From Candidatus Poribacteria bacterium (GTDB taxonomy: Bacteria > Poribacteria > WGA-4E > PCPOR2b), in assembly GCA_965208325.1 (NCBI GenBank), contig OZ242326.1, positions 4,064,001 to 4,128,000 on the forward strand: a stretch of DNA of 64,000 bases. Direction: 5' to 3'. Below are positions 51,415-61,648 of the stretch, one piece after another (position 1 is the stretch's first letter; each line of letters opens with the position of its first letter). The position numbers and the translations under genes were made by a program. The notes below the pieces were generated by a model. The model was not told where the DNA came from, made no database searches, and saw only the letters and a list, made by a program, of their open reading frames with translations.

Positions 51415-52191
51415 ATGGCTATGAGTAAGCGTGTTTTATTGGGAGTAAGCGTTCTCGCTCTCGGCTTAATACTTGGATCGCAGTGCGCCGCGAGGATCGA
51501 TCCGAACACTATAGTAGGGATTTGGCTGCTTGATGAAGGTGAGGCGGATGATGCGTCCGAAAATGAACGGCACGGCAGACTTACCGGCAAACCCAAAGTG
51601 GTCGAAGGGAAGTTTGGGACGGCGCTGGATTTTTCCGGGGAAGGCGAATCCGTCAAGATTGCAGACTTAGGCGAAATCCTGCCCGCCAAAGTAGTGACAA
51701 TTACACTTTGGGTCAAAATTGGGGACCACGGTAAAAACCCGGATGTATTCAGCCTGAACCCGTGGGAGCCGGGCCGTATTGCTGTTGCCATATGGGACAA
51801 GCAAATATTCTGGCATTTTGGCGTTGGGGGAAAATGGATAGTTATCCGCTTCATTGACGAGGAATGGGTTGGACAATGGAAGCACTGGACTTTCATAAAT
51901 AACGCTGAAGATAATTTCATGGCGGGCTACATTGACGGTGAAAAAGCAGTTAGAATTGGGGGCATATCCGGCGAGTACGAACAACGCGGCGGAGACTTTC
52001 ACATCGCTGGACGGCCAGAAGCCTCCTTTTCGGGCGCGATCGACGATTTCGGCATATTTAATACGACTTTGTCCGAGGAAGACATAAAGATGATAGTTGA
52101 CAGGGGACTTGAGCGCGCAGCTCTATTTCAGGGTGTGAACAGCGCGGCTAAATTGGCTACGATTTGGGGGGGACTTAAGGCGTCACAATAG
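51415..52191 (+). CDS. Secreted LamG-like domain protein
   Basis: GIWLLDEG, GKFGTALDF, GYIDG, FSGAIDDF; tail VNSAAKLATIWGGLK. Confidence 0.85.
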   Translation: MAMSKRVLLGVSVLALGLILGSQCAARIDPNTIVGIWLLDEGEADDASENERHGRLTGKPKVVEGKFGTALDFSGEGESVKIADLGEILPAKVVTITLWVKIGDHGKNPDVFSLNPWEPGRIAVAIWDKQIFWHFGVGGKWIVIRFIDEEWVGQWKHWTFINNAEDNFMAGYIDGEKAVRIGGISGEYEQRGGDFHIAGRPEASFSGAIDDFGIFNTTLSEEDIKMIVDRGLERAALFQGVNSAAKLATIWGGLKASQ

Positions 52192-52210
52192 CACGCTAGG
52201 AAGGATATCT

Positions 52211-53020
52211 ATGAGTGTGAAAGGAAAATTACTGGCGGCATTTGCATTTACACTGTTAATAAATGCTTGTGTGTGGGTGTTTTCACCTGTTGCGGAAGCG
52301 ATTATTAAGCTCGAGTCGCTTGTGGTTGCGTTGCCGTTTGATGAGGGAAATGGCGACACAGCGGAGGATCTCTCGCCGCACGGGAATGATGCTCAGCTAG
52401 TGGAGGGCGCGAAATGGGGCGACGGAAAGTTTGGGAAATGCCTCCGCGTAAAGGAGCCCGCGCGCGCCGAAGTCGAGAATAACGAAAGTTTCTGGTTACA
52501 CGACAAGGATTTCACCCTAGCCATTACGATTAATTTTTCGAAGGAACCCGGTACCACCGGTTTAATTGCGCACGATAACGGACTTGGCGCAGAGGCTTTT
52601 AAGGCTGTATGGGAATTGTTGGGCGGGGTGTTTACGTTCCACATTAATAACGGTGCAAATAACGTCGCTTGGATTCGATCGGATTTTCTGGGTACACCCG
52701 AAATCAATCGATGGTATAGTGTGGTATTGGTAAAGAAAGGGATCACGTACACGCATTATCTCGACGGTGAATTGTTCGGTGTAGCGGAGAACAAGGAGCC
52801 GATTCCCCGCCAAATCGATAATCCGCTGACGATTGGCATGGCGGAGCACACTTTCTATTTCCCCGGCCTTATTGACGAAGTCGTTGTCGGGCACACGCCG
52901 TGGGTGCAGCAAGATGCGCAGCGGTATTTTGAAAGAGGTATCCAAGGTGTGTTGGCGGTTGAACCCAGTGATAAGCTGACAACCACGTGGGGCGGACTCA
53001 AATCTAACCGCAACCATTAG
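52211..53020 (+). CDS. Secreted LamG-like domain protein
   Basis: LPFDEGNGD, GKFGKCL, YLDG, FPGLIDEV; tail VEPSDKLTTTWGGLK. Confidence 0.85.
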   Translation: MSVKGKLLAAFAFTLLINACVWVFSPVAEAIIKLESLVVALPFDEGNGDTAEDLSPHGNDAQLVEGAKWGDGKFGKCLRVKEPARAEVENNESFWLHDKDFTLAITINFSKEPGTTGLIAHDNGLGAEAFKAVWELLGGVFTFHINNGANNVAWIRSDFLGTPEINRWYSVVLVKKGITYTHYLDGELFGVAENKEPIPRQIDNPLTIGMAEHTFYFPGLIDEVVVGHTPWVQQDAQRYFERGIQGVLAVEPSDKLTTTWGGLKSNRNH

Positions 53021-53291
53021 TAAAGCTATCGCCGCCGGAAAAGAGCAGCGACCAGTTTCGTTACTAGCGAACCGCACAATTCAAATAGAGAACTGAAAGG
53101 GGGTGTTGCGCGGATACGATCCATATACCCTATGGTAATGTAAAAACGACCAGGGGCATTTTCAAAGCGAAATGTTTCGCTGGAAATAAATATCCGGATA
53201 TTATGCCGGATTGCTGATGTTTTTAAATACAGGGGGGCGGTGCATTGTACAGCTCCTTAATCCAAAAATCTAAATGGAGGAAGTCAATTTA

Positions 53292-54083
53292 ATGATTACC
53301 AGAATCGCAACATTAGGTTTAGCCTTTTTTATGGCGTTTGGGCTGATGATTGTTGGACAGAGCGATGCCGGGCTAGTTGGCGCATGGCTTTTCGATGAAG
53401 GCTCTGGCGACGTTACTAAAGGATTAGTAGGTAGTGATGGCATGTTAATGAATGGCGCTACTTGGACTGATGGCGTAAGAGGATCTGCGGTCTCATTTCA
53501 TGATCCAGATTCCCAACATGTTCTATTCAACGCCGACGAGGATCCAGAAAAAGCTTTCATTCTGCACAGCGATTCAGATGTCACTCTGGTATTGTGGGCA
53601 CGTGCTACTGAACCATCCCGACACGGCTCATGGATGTGGTCCCGAGGCGATGACCTTGATGAGGGCCGATTTAACGTCCACAACGGAGACGGTACCGTAT
53701 TCAGCTTCGACTACAGAGAAGATCCTGGTGGAGAACACCACCCCACGGACTGGGGCGTGTTTAATGTGCCTCTTACCGTAGGCGAGTGGACTCACGTTGC
53801 ACTCACACGAATCGGAAACGAATACACGCTCTATGGAAACGGCTCGCCAACGTCGACGTTTGTAGACGAGAATCCGAAACTTCCTACCGCCAACGGTTGG
53901 ATAGTCGGCTCGCCGCGGGGATGCTGTCCGCTAAACGGTGATGTTGACGAAATTGGATTCTTCGATATCGCGTTGACCCAAGATCAGATTAACATGGTTA
54001 TGGGCGGCGTCGAGGCGCTTGGTGCGGTCGAATCGTCAGGCAAACTCGCCACGACGTGGGCAGACATTAAGGGCCGCGACTAA
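53292..54083 (+). CDS. Secreted LamG-like domain protein
   Basis: GGAGG RBS before MITR; GAWLFDEGSG, WTHVALT, LNGDVDEI; tail VESSGKLATTWADIK. Confidence 0.85.
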   Translation: MITRIATLGLAFFMAFGLMIVGQSDAGLVGAWLFDEGSGDVTKGLVGSDGMLMNGATWTDGVRGSAVSFHDPDSQHVLFNADEDPEKAFILHSDSDVTLVLWARATEPSRHGSWMWSRGDDLDEGRFNVHNGDGTVFSFDYREDPGGEHHPTDWGVFNVPLTVGEWTHVALTRIGNEYTLYGNGSPTSTFVDENPKLPTANGWIVGSPRGCCPLNGDVDEIGFFDIALTQDQINMVMGGVEALGAVESSGKLATTWADIKGRD

Positions 54084-54579
54084 ATCCCGCGTCATGTTCA
54101 ATACATTCCATTCGACAGCCTTTTGAGAGCGCAACGTTGGTGCCAACATAATGTCTTTCGGAAGGCTGATGACCTAATGGAATGTAACAGTTTAATTACT
54201 TCTAATTCCAACTTTTATGGTTGGATGATTCATAATTAAATGCGGCGCGGCGTGTTGAGTGAAAACGGATGCCATAACTCAATGCGCCGCCCGTATTTTC
54301 ATAGATTTTCCCCCACCGCTGATAAAACCTCCTGCGCAACTCCTTGTGCTGCTTGAAAAACTTCGTCTATTCGCTTTGCGCGCCGAAGAATTCCACAGAT
54401 TGTATCAATTTCAATAATCTCTGCCCGCCAAAAACGCACCAAACAAGAATTGCGTACGCTCCCCTTCCGGTTTTCCAATCTATTTCTATTTCCCAATCGT
54501 TGGTATTTAAAAATCAGGTGTGTTTCGACGCGTGTAATTTTTTTCAGCGCGGGCGAGAGGGTTGTATCGGGTTAAACCG

Positions 54580-54608
54580 TTGACACCTCAAGGCGTGCAT
54601 GCTATGAT
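54580..54608 (+). promoter_or_regulatory. Sigma-70 promoter
   Basis: TTGACA-N17-TATGAT upstream of 54646. Confidence 0.75.
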
Positions 54609-54645
54609 AGCCTCCGAGATAGGTGCGAACCATCGGAGATAAGAC

Positions 54646-54984
54646 ATGGAATACACCCTCAATAGCTGCCAAGAACTTGTTGACAACTGGATTCAATCTG
54701 TTGGCGTGCGCTATTTTTCCGAGTTGACAAATACTGCAATTCTAATGGAAGAAGTTGGAGAGATAGCTCGAATTATGGCGCGCCAATACGGCGACCAAAG
54801 TTTTAAAGCGTCGGAAGAAGACATTAATCTCGCAGAGGAAATGGCGGACGTGCTTTTTGTGCTGATTTGTCTGGCAAATCAGACGGGAGTGAACCTAGAA
54901 GATGCTTTCAGGAAGACAATTGAGAAAAAGACCGAGCGAGATGGAAACCGGCATAAGAACAACCCGAAACTGGGATGCGGCTGA
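54646..54984 (+). CDS. Single-domain MazG-like nucleotide pyrophosphohydrolase (YpjD-like)
   Basis: YFSELTN..LMEEVGEIAR, EEMADVLFVLICLANQ. Confidence 0.9.
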   Translation: MEYTLNSCQELVDNWIQSVGVRYFSELTNTAILMEEVGEIARIMARQYGDQSFKASEEDINLAEEMADVLFVLICLANQTGVNLEDAFRKTIEKKTERDGNRHKNNPKLGCG

Positions 54985-55100
54985 GATATGAGATACAGGC
55001 GGTTTCGTTGGCTTTTCGAACCACACTGAATTAATCGAGCGGCATCTAGTATTGAAATATACCTACCGATAACGTGGTTCCTTGCGTATTCAACACCACC

Positions 55101-56288
55101 ATGAAAATGAACCTTGACGAAATCCAGCGCATTCTCAAATCATACGAGATCGATGGTTGGCTGTTGTATGACTTCCGCGGCAGCAACCCAATCGCGCAAC
55201 GTGTCGCCGGCGTCACAGACGGTGCGATAACGCGGCGTTGGTTTTGCTATATTCCGTCAAGCGGCGAGCCGACTTGGCTGATTCACCGCATTGAACTATC
55301 CCATTTTTCCCAAGTTACCGGCCGCGTGAAAACCTACGTGAGGTGGCGTGAACTTCACGATGAGATCGCGGCAATACTCTTCGATGGCGGCAAAGTAGCG
55401 ATGGAATATTCTCCTAACGCCGCGATTCCCTATGTCTCAAGGGTAGATGCCGGTACGTTGGAATTGATTCGTTCCTCAGGTGTCGAGGTTGTATCTTCTG
55501 GCATTTTAGTCCAGCACGTCGAGGCGTGTTTAACTGATGAACAGTTAGAGACGCATCAGGAAGCGGCGCGTCTGATATTGGAGGTGAAAGACCTCGCTTT
55601 TGCATGGATTGGCGAACAAGTCAAAATGGGCAATCCCATCTCGGAATATGATGTCCAATGTCTAATAATGGAACGCTTTGAAGCCATGCATCTAATTGCG
55701 GGGCATCCGCCTATTGTGGCGGTCAACGCTAACAGCAGCGCCCCGCACTATTTTCCAACCGCTGCCGAACACCAGCCGATTGCGGCGGGCGATTTTATTC
55801 TAATCGATCTGTGGGCAAAAATGGACGTGCCGAACGCGGTTTATGGGGACACGACTTGGGTTGGTTATGCTGGAAAGCATGCTCCGGACAAATACGTGAA
55901 GATTTTTGAGATTGTTCGTGGCGCTCGCGATCTTGCTGTCGAATTTATTCGCGGCATGACCTCGGCGGGGAATCAGATTTACGGATATGAAGTCGATGAT
56001 GTTGCACGGAATTATATTGCGGAGAAGGGATACGGCGAATTTTTTATCCACCGTGTAGGGCACAACATCGGGACAGAATTACACGGCAACGGCGTCAATA
56101 TTGACAATTTCGAAACGCGGGATGATCGCCCCTTAGTTCCCGGTATCTGTTTTTCCATTGAACCGGGGATTTACCTCCCCGAATTTGGGATTAGGAGCGA
56201 AATTGACGTTTTTTTAGCTCATCCAGAGCAAGGCGGCGTAATAGTGACAACCGCCCCAGTTCAAAATGAGGTATTGTTACTGCTGTAA
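55101..56288 (+). CDS. Xaa-Pro aminopeptidase (M24 family)
   Basis: PHY, LIDLWAK, YGDTTW, HRVGHNIG..HG, FSIEPGIY, GIRSE; start approximate. Confidence 0.9.
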   Translation: MKMNLDEIQRILKSYEIDGWLLYDFRGSNPIAQRVAGVTDGAITRRWFCYIPSSGEPTWLIHRIELSHFSQVTGRVKTYVRWRELHDEIAAILFDGGKVAMEYSPNAAIPYVSRVDAGTLELIRSSGVEVVSSGILVQHVEACLTDEQLETHQEAARLILEVKDLAFAWIGEQVKMGNPISEYDVQCLIMERFEAMHLIAGHPPIVAVNANSSAPHYFPTAAEHQPIAAGDFILIDLWAKMDVPNAVYGDTTWVGYAGKHAPDKYVKIFEIVRGARDLAVEFIRGMTSAGNQIYGYEVDDVARNYIAEKGYGEFFIHRVGHNIGTELHGNGVNIDNFETRDDRPLVPGICFSIEPGIYLPEFGIRSEIDVFLAHPEQGGVIVTTAPVQNEVLLLL

Positions 56289-56949
56289 CCTTGTAATTGC
56301 GTCTTTTTAGATCTACTAACACTCTATTAAAATATGTCTGTGCGTTGATAATCCATTGCATCGCGTCCCTGGGGTTATGATTATCCCGTACAAGATTTGC
56401 AACCCCGAGGCGGTAAACGAGATACCGTTTGTCATCGCGAGTATGTTGTTCAGGTACAAGCGTTCTATCCGGATCGGCGTCAACTGCACCGTCAATTTCA
56501 AGGACCCAGAAAAAATAATCCTCGTTATATCCGAGATAACCCATCTCGACATCGAGGCGGTTATCAGTTTCTGTGGGCAGAGATATTAGCGCAAAGTTTC
56601 GATTTAGAACCTGCGGATATATCGCGCTTAGAAATATCTGATCATAACCGGAGGGATGCTTTGTGCGGCTGAGGAGTTCCAGCAATGTTTTTCGATCTTC
56701 CGTCTTGAGTTTCAGGCAGATTTGTGCAAAAACCTCATTACGCAAACTCATGACGCTCTGATCTAACGGAATTAAGTGCTTGGCGAGGTCCTTAATTGCG
56801 CGGCGTTTCAAAGAAATATTCCAGAGCAGCCAACGTCCAATTTGATACCAAGTCTCCAGTTGAAGAAGACGCCGCGGCGAGATATATTTAAGTTTCTCAA
56901 GAACTTGCCTGTACCAATTTTCATGGAGTTCTAGATCTTGTTGATTCAC
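56191..56949 (-). CDS. Hypothetical protein
   Basis: 252-aa ORF filling the gap behind the M28 gene; 3' end overlaps the convergent M24 gene by 98 bp. Confidence 0.55.
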   Translation of the reverse strand: MNQQDLELHENWYRQVLEKLKYISPRRLLQLETWYQIGRWLLWNISLKRRAIKDLAKHLIPLDQSVMSLRNEVFAQICLKLKTEDRKTLLELLSRTKHPSGYDQIFLSAIYPQVLNRNFALISLPTETDNRLDVEMGYLGYNEDYFFWVLEIDGAVDADPDRTLVPEQHTRDDKRYLVYRLGVANLVRDNHNPRDAMQWIINAQTYFNRVLVDLKRRNYKVTAVTIPHFELGRLSLLRRLALDELKKRQFRS

Positions 56950-57002
56950 AGCTTCACCTGATTTATAGCCTCACAAAATTGCGCTATATGTTGAATGGTT
57001 CT

Positions 57003-57980
57003 TTACAACCCCCGATAAACAATATCTAACACTAAGCGTCCGACGACTTCCAAGCTGTGAGGGCTGCATTTATCCGGTGTATCTTCAATTGTATGCCAAT
57101 AAGGGTAGGTGAAGTCGATAATGTTTACAGTTGGAACGCCCGCCTCAATGAGTTGTAGATGATCATCCATTACCGCCGCGCCTAACCGCCGTTGAAACTC
57201 GGGGAGGCCGATTTCCTCGGCGCGTCTCCAAACCGCCTCTGTCAACTGGCGGTCCGCATTCCAAGAGTAGCGTTCCATGGGCAACTCTAAATCGCGGTCG
57301 CCAACCATGTCCAAAAGTATACCAAAATCCGCTGACCACCTTCCCATATTTTGTGCAAAATATCGAGATCCAAGGAACATGTCCGAGACCGTTTTCCCAT
57401 AATCTTCGCCGTCAAACAAAACGATGATCACGGGAGTTGCAGGTGGATTGGATTTTAATATGCGCGCGACCTCAAGGAGAACAGCGACTCCCGATGCCCC
57501 GTCGTTAGCGCCAAGAATCGGTGTGTTGCGGTTCGCCAGATTTGGATCCAAGTCCGCAAATGGACGCGTATCCCAATGCGCGGCGAGGAGCATTGTTCCG
57601 CCCCCGTTGCCTCCGAAACGGGCAAGAATGTTGTTCATTTTTATGGATTGGTTTTGTTGGCGGTACTCAAATGGCTGGAGCACAGCCTCTTCGGCAAATT
57701 TTTCGAGTTCAGCGAGGAGATAAGCCTGGGTTTTTTGGTGCGCGGCGGATCCCGGGAATCGCGCGCCAAACTCGCACTGCTTTTCCAGATATACAAAGGC
57801 GCGTTTTCCACTGAATTCCCGTTCGTTAATTTGGTCTTCCGCGTTGCTGTTCCGCGAGTCTTCAACGGAAGCTTCCAATCGTGAAATAGGCGTTAACTCC
57901 CACCGAATTACGCCGAGGATGAGCAAACACAACACACTCCATACCAACGGTTGCCTAAGTTTTTGAACGAAAGGAATCAT
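57003..57980 (-). CDS. M28 family peptidase / glutaminyl cyclase-like
   Basis: AAHWDTRP, GANDGASGVAVLLE, FDGED, LDMVG, DDH, WHT. Confidence 0.9.
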   Translation of the reverse strand: MIPFVQKLRQPLVWSVLCLLILGVIRWELTPISRLEASVEDSRNSNAEDQINEREFSGKRAFVYLEKQCEFGARFPGSAAHQKTQAYLLAELEKFAEEAVLQPFEYRQQNQSIKMNNILARFGGNGGGTMLLAAHWDTRPFADLDPNLANRNTPILGANDGASGVAVLLEVARILKSNPPATPVIIVLFDGEDYGKTVSDMFLGSRYFAQNMGRWSADFGILLDMVGDRDLELPMERYSWNADRQLTEAVWRRAEEIGLPEFQRRLGAAVMDDHLQLIEAGVPTVNIIDFTYPYWHTIEDTPDKCSPHSLEVVGRLVLDIVYRGL

Positions 57981-57991
57981 GGGGTTTACCC

Positions 57992-58591
57992 TTATATCTC
58001 TCGACGGCCTTCTAAGGCTCTGGCAAGTGTGACTTCGTCGATATACTCGAGGTCGCCGCCCGCAGGTATTCCGTAAGCAATTCGAGTAATCGAGACCCCT
58101 AAGTCTTCGAGAAGGTTTTTCAAATAAAGCGCAGTTGCTTGCCCTTGAGTCGTGTAATTCGTTGCCACAATCACCTCTTTGATATCCTCATTTTGAATTC
58201 GCTTGAGTAGCGCATCAATTTTGATGTCTTTAGGCCCAACGCCATCCAAAGGCGAAAGAACACCCATGAGGGTATGGTATAAGCCTTTGTATTCTTTTGT
58301 ACGTTCAATCGCCAAGAGATCGTCAGGTTCCTCAATAACACAAATTACTTGGCGGTCGCGTTCGGCATCTGTGCAAATGTAGCAAGGGTTTCGATCCGTG
58401 ATGTTGCCGCAAACTGTGCAATGGGATAGGTGGGATTTGACATCGGAAATGGCGCGCGCCAACTTTGTCGTTTCCTCATCCGGCAATTTAGTCATGTAAA
58501 ACGCCAGGCGTTGGGCGGTTTTCGGGCCAATCGTAGGCAATTTCTGCAGCTCGTTAATTAATCTAGCCAGCGGTTCAGGGTAATGTAGCAT
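57992..58591 (-). CDS. recR: Recombination mediator RecR
   Basis: LPTIGPKTAQRLAF, C4 zinc finger, GVLSPLDG, LEYIDEVTL. Confidence 0.98.
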   Translation of the reverse strand: MLHYPEPLARLINELQKLPTIGPKTAQRLAFYMTKLPDEETTKLARAISDVKSHLSHCTVCGNITDRNPCYICTDAERDRQVICVIEEPDDLLAIERTKEYKGLYHTLMGVLSPLDGVGPKDIKIDALLKRIQNEDIKEVIVATNYTTQGQATALYLKNLLEDLGVSITRIAYGIPAGGDLEYIDEVTLARALEGRREI

Positions 58592-58617
58592 ATAGGTAAT
58601 GAGTTTGTATTGTTCAT

Positions 58618-58926
58618 TTACATGAGTCCTGGGATTTTTAACCCTCCAGTCAACTTTCCCATTTCCTGGTTCATTAGTTCTTGCGCTTCGTTTCGAGCTT
58701 CATTTGCGGCAGCGACAATCAGGTCTTCAAGAATTTCCACATCATCCGGGTCAACCACATCGGGTGAGATTTTTATCGATACCAACTCCTGCTGGCCATT
58801 GACGACGGCTGTGACCATGCCGCCTCCAACCGTTGCCTCGACAGTACGATTCGCAAGTTCTTCTTGGATTTCAAGCATGCGTTTTTGCAGTTGTTGCGCT
58901 TGTTTCATAAGATTATTCATCTTCAT
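58618..58926 (-). CDS. ybaB: YbaB/EbfC nucleoid-associated protein
   Basis: MKQAQQLQ, GGGMV, LEDLIVAA; lies between dnaX and recR. Confidence 0.96.
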   Translation of the reverse strand: MKMNNLMKQAQQLQKRMLEIQEELANRTVEATVGGGMVTAVVNGQQELVSIKISPDVVDPDDVEILEDLIVAAANEARNEAQELMNQEMGKLTGGLKIPGLM

Positions 58927-59012
58927 CTAGATTACCTTTCAAAAATATTGTTTACTTACGGACTTGCGCGAAGTCTATAATAGACATCTTTCGAAAATAA
59001 TCCCGCCGCCTG

Positions 59013-59133
59013 ATAGCCCCGGCGGGGCGGCAGGTGTAAAACGACTACCCTCACATTGGTCTAATACGCTGTAGGGGCAACCCTTGTGGTCCCCCCCGCA
59101 AGGCTTATGTAGGGGCAGGTCTTGTGCCTGCCC
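59013..59133. repeat. Cluster of REP-like palindromes
   Basis: tagccccggcggggcggcaggtgta (also near 63687), gtaggggcaacccttgtgg and gtaggggcaggtcttgtgcctgccc (relatives at about 39845-39903). Confidence 0.8.
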
Positions 59134-59169
59134 AATAAACTTTACTTTAAGCCATACTCGCTCAAACAA

Positions 59170-60987
59170 CTATTTGGGTTCAATTTTAAGTATCTTTGCG
59201 TCAAAGAGATTGAGTGTCGGGGCTAGTTGTGCATCTTGTTCAACTTCAGCCTGAAACATAAGTCCACCTGGTTTGTGTGCGGATTTCGCGGTCTCCATCG
59301 AATTCATATCAGAGGATTCGCCGGAAGCAACGAACTGGATTTGGACAGGGTGTCCAATAAAACTTCTCAAAAGTTTTACAACAAGAGTTTTTTCGTCCTC
59401 ACTGATAATGGATTCGCTTGCCAACGCAGAGTTGCAAGCAATTTCCAGAATTGGAACGGTTTCGGGTGCGGGACCGTTGTTTTCTTGATAAGGTAGAAGC
59501 GTGGTCGCTTTGAGGAGCGAAAATAGCGCCATATTGTCTGCCCGCAATGATTGCAATACCTGTCCCCAAACATTCTCAAGTTGCTTTGAATCGCCGAGCA
59601 TAGTGTAATCATGTGTTGCGTTAGCATTGTCGTTCGTGTCAGGCGTAATCGTGTCATGGTGATACGTGGACTGTGGATCCAAATTCGAGTCTTCCCCCAA
59701 AGATAAGGGAGCAGGCGGACGCTCGAAATCAGACCTATTGGACTGGTCGGCAGTGGATTGGGGATTGATGTCACGCGGTGAAGGAACAGTTTGATTTTGG
59801 GAAGCGCTGTGCACGGCGATTTTGTCTTCAATCTCCGAAAGCCTGCCGGCAATCTCCGCGAGTTGAATACCCTCTTGAATCGAGCACATATCAATCACCG
59901 CAGATTCAAGGTGGATTTGAGCGTATCCGTGGCGCTTGATCTCGCTATGTGTTTTAGTCAAAATTTTAATTATCCGCGATAAACGCTCCGTGGTAGTCTG
60001 ATCTGCTTGTTCCCGCATGCGATTGAGTTCCGATTTCGAACCTTCGATCAAATTTTCCAAATTTTTGTTAATGGCTAATATTCTTATCTGTCTAAAGTGT
60101 GTAATGAGTTGATGTAAGCATTGGATTAAATCCACGCCCTGCTTTGCTAAGTTGGCGAGGGATTGGAGGGATTCAGATAATTTACACTCCAGAACTGCTT
60201 GAACGAGCTCATGGATGAGGTGCGACGATCCAAATCCCAATATTTGGTTAATCTTCTCCGCCTCCAACGTATCTCCAACCGATGCAATCAACCGTTCCAA
60301 CAGGTTTTCGGCGTCCCTGAGACACCCTTCCGATTGTTCCGCAATCGAAGACAGGCCTTCGTCGTCAATACTAATATCTTCGGCGGTGCAAATGCTGCGC
60401 AGACGGTCGGAAATCTGTCCCATTTCCATGTAGCGAAAGTCGAAATCTTGGCAACGGGATATAATTGTTTTAGGAATTTTGTGGTGTTCTGTTGTTGCGA
60501 GGATGAATATGACATGCGGGGGCGGTTCTTCAAGCGTTTTCAACAGGGCGTTGAAGGCTTCCTGGGTAAGCATGTGCGCTTCGTCAATGATATAGATTTT
60601 ATAGAGATTGGAAGCCGGCGCTAATTTTACATTTTCCCGAAGTTCGCGGATTGGATCAATCCCTCGATTGGATGCGGCATCCATTTCGATTACATCGAAC
60701 GATCTGTCTTGAGAGATTTCGACACAAAACTGGCATTCATTACAAGGTTCAGCTGTGGCTCCCTGTTGGGATTCAGTCCCTTTGCGGCGGTTGGGGCAGT
60801 TCACGGCCTTTGCTAGAATACGCGCAACCGTTGTTTTGCCAGTGCCCCGAGGCCCCCAAAATAGGTAGGCATGACCAACCCTGTCCGATAAAATCTGGTT
60901 TTTCAGGGTTTGTATGACATGCGTTTGACCAACGACATCTTCAAATAACCGGGGGCGCCACTTCTGCGCTAGTACCTCATAGGACAT
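59170..60987 (-). CDS. dnaX: DNA polymerase III subunit gamma/tau
   Basis: MSYEVLAQKWRP, GPRGTGKTT, EMDAASNRG, IIDEAHML, NALLKTLEEPP, SRC; start reset from 61194 to 60987. Confidence 0.97.
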   Translation of the reverse strand: MSYEVLAQKWRPRLFEDVVGQTHVIQTLKNQILSDRVGHAYLFWGPRGTGKTTVARILAKAVNCPNRRKGTESQQGATAEPCNECQFCVEISQDRSFDVIEMDAASNRGIDPIRELRENVKLAPASNLYKIYIIDEAHMLTQEAFNALLKTLEEPPPHVIFILATTEHHKIPKTIISRCQDFDFRYMEMGQISDRLRSICTAEDISIDDEGLSSIAEQSEGCLRDAENLLERLIASVGDTLEAEKINQILGFGSSHLIHELVQAVLECKLSESLQSLANLAKQGVDLIQCLHQLITHFRQIRILAINKNLENLIEGSKSELNRMREQADQTTTERLSRIIKILTKTHSEIKRHGYAQIHLESAVIDMCSIQEGIQLAEIAGRLSEIEDKIAVHSASQNQTVPSPRDINPQSTADQSNRSDFERPPAPLSLGEDSNLDPQSTYHHDTITPDTNDNANATHDYTMLGDSKQLENVWGQVLQSLRADNMALFSLLKATTLLPYQENNGPAPETVPILEIACNSALASESIISEDEKTLVVKLLRSFIGHPVQIQFVASGESSDMNSMETAKSAHKPGGLMFQAEVEQDAQLAPTLNLFDAKILKIEPK

Positions 60988-61116
60988 GAATTCGCCCTTC
61001 AAATAATCGGGGTGGAAAAAACCTTCGAGAGAGACCTCAACGTCCGGTCTAGATTGCTTTGATCCGACAACAAATCCGATAATGGAAGAAAGAGGAGAGA
61101 AAACGTGGAATATCTT

Positions 61117-61388
61117 GGCTATGCACCTCGAGTTTGACGCGCTCTCCCAAGCGTTACCCGAGCAGTTAGCTCCAATTAGGCTGTCCTGCGTCACACCTGA
61201 AGATTTATCTGCCGCTGCTTCTTTCCAGACCTGACGGGGTTTGATAAATTCAAGTTGCTCAGGACCTAATCTTCAACACCACTTACATGGGCCGGACCTC
61301 AAAAGAAACACGCCGCGCCCTAGGAATTCAGCCCTGCTATAGCGGATTGCAGATTCAGGGCACCGCTACCTCCCCGCCTAGCATAGCC
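61117..61388 (-). ncRNA. ffs: Large (Alu-containing) bacterial SRP RNA
   Basis: 5' GGCTATGC pairs with 3' GCATAGCC; Alu-like GGGGAGGTAGCGGTGCCCTG..GCAATCCGCT..AGCAGGG; helix 8 TCAGGTCTGGAAAGAAGCAGC; upstream of dnaX. Confidence 0.93.
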
Positions 61389-61494
61389 AAGGTCTTAATG
61401 CGGACAAACTGGCGGCAAATACAATCAATAAAAGTTCTTGCTTTACAGCGTAACTTCAATCTTCCAAAGGCCGATCAAGATACATGCAGCTTAT

Positions 61495-61587
61495 GAACCT
61501 GTTTGAAAATTTATTCTATACCGCCCCAGAGGGGCATCTTGCCCTGCGCACGCCCCCACGCTCCGTAGGCGCGGCATCTTGCCGCGC
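61495..61587. repeat. Inverted end of the MITE/REP family plus a REP hairpin
   Basis: gaacctgtttgaaaatt (reverse complement of the element end) and gtaggcgcggcatcttgccgcgc. Confidence 0.7.
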
Positions 61588-61648
61588 ATGTCGCTTTCGT
61601 TTCACGACAATGGTGCGGTGTTGATTCATATTGGCTGCGCCGCTCCGT

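Noticed and set aside
60988..61194. N-terminal extension of DnaX in the ORF track
   Set aside because: Overlaps the SRP RNA; DnaX homology begins at MSYEVLAQKWRP.
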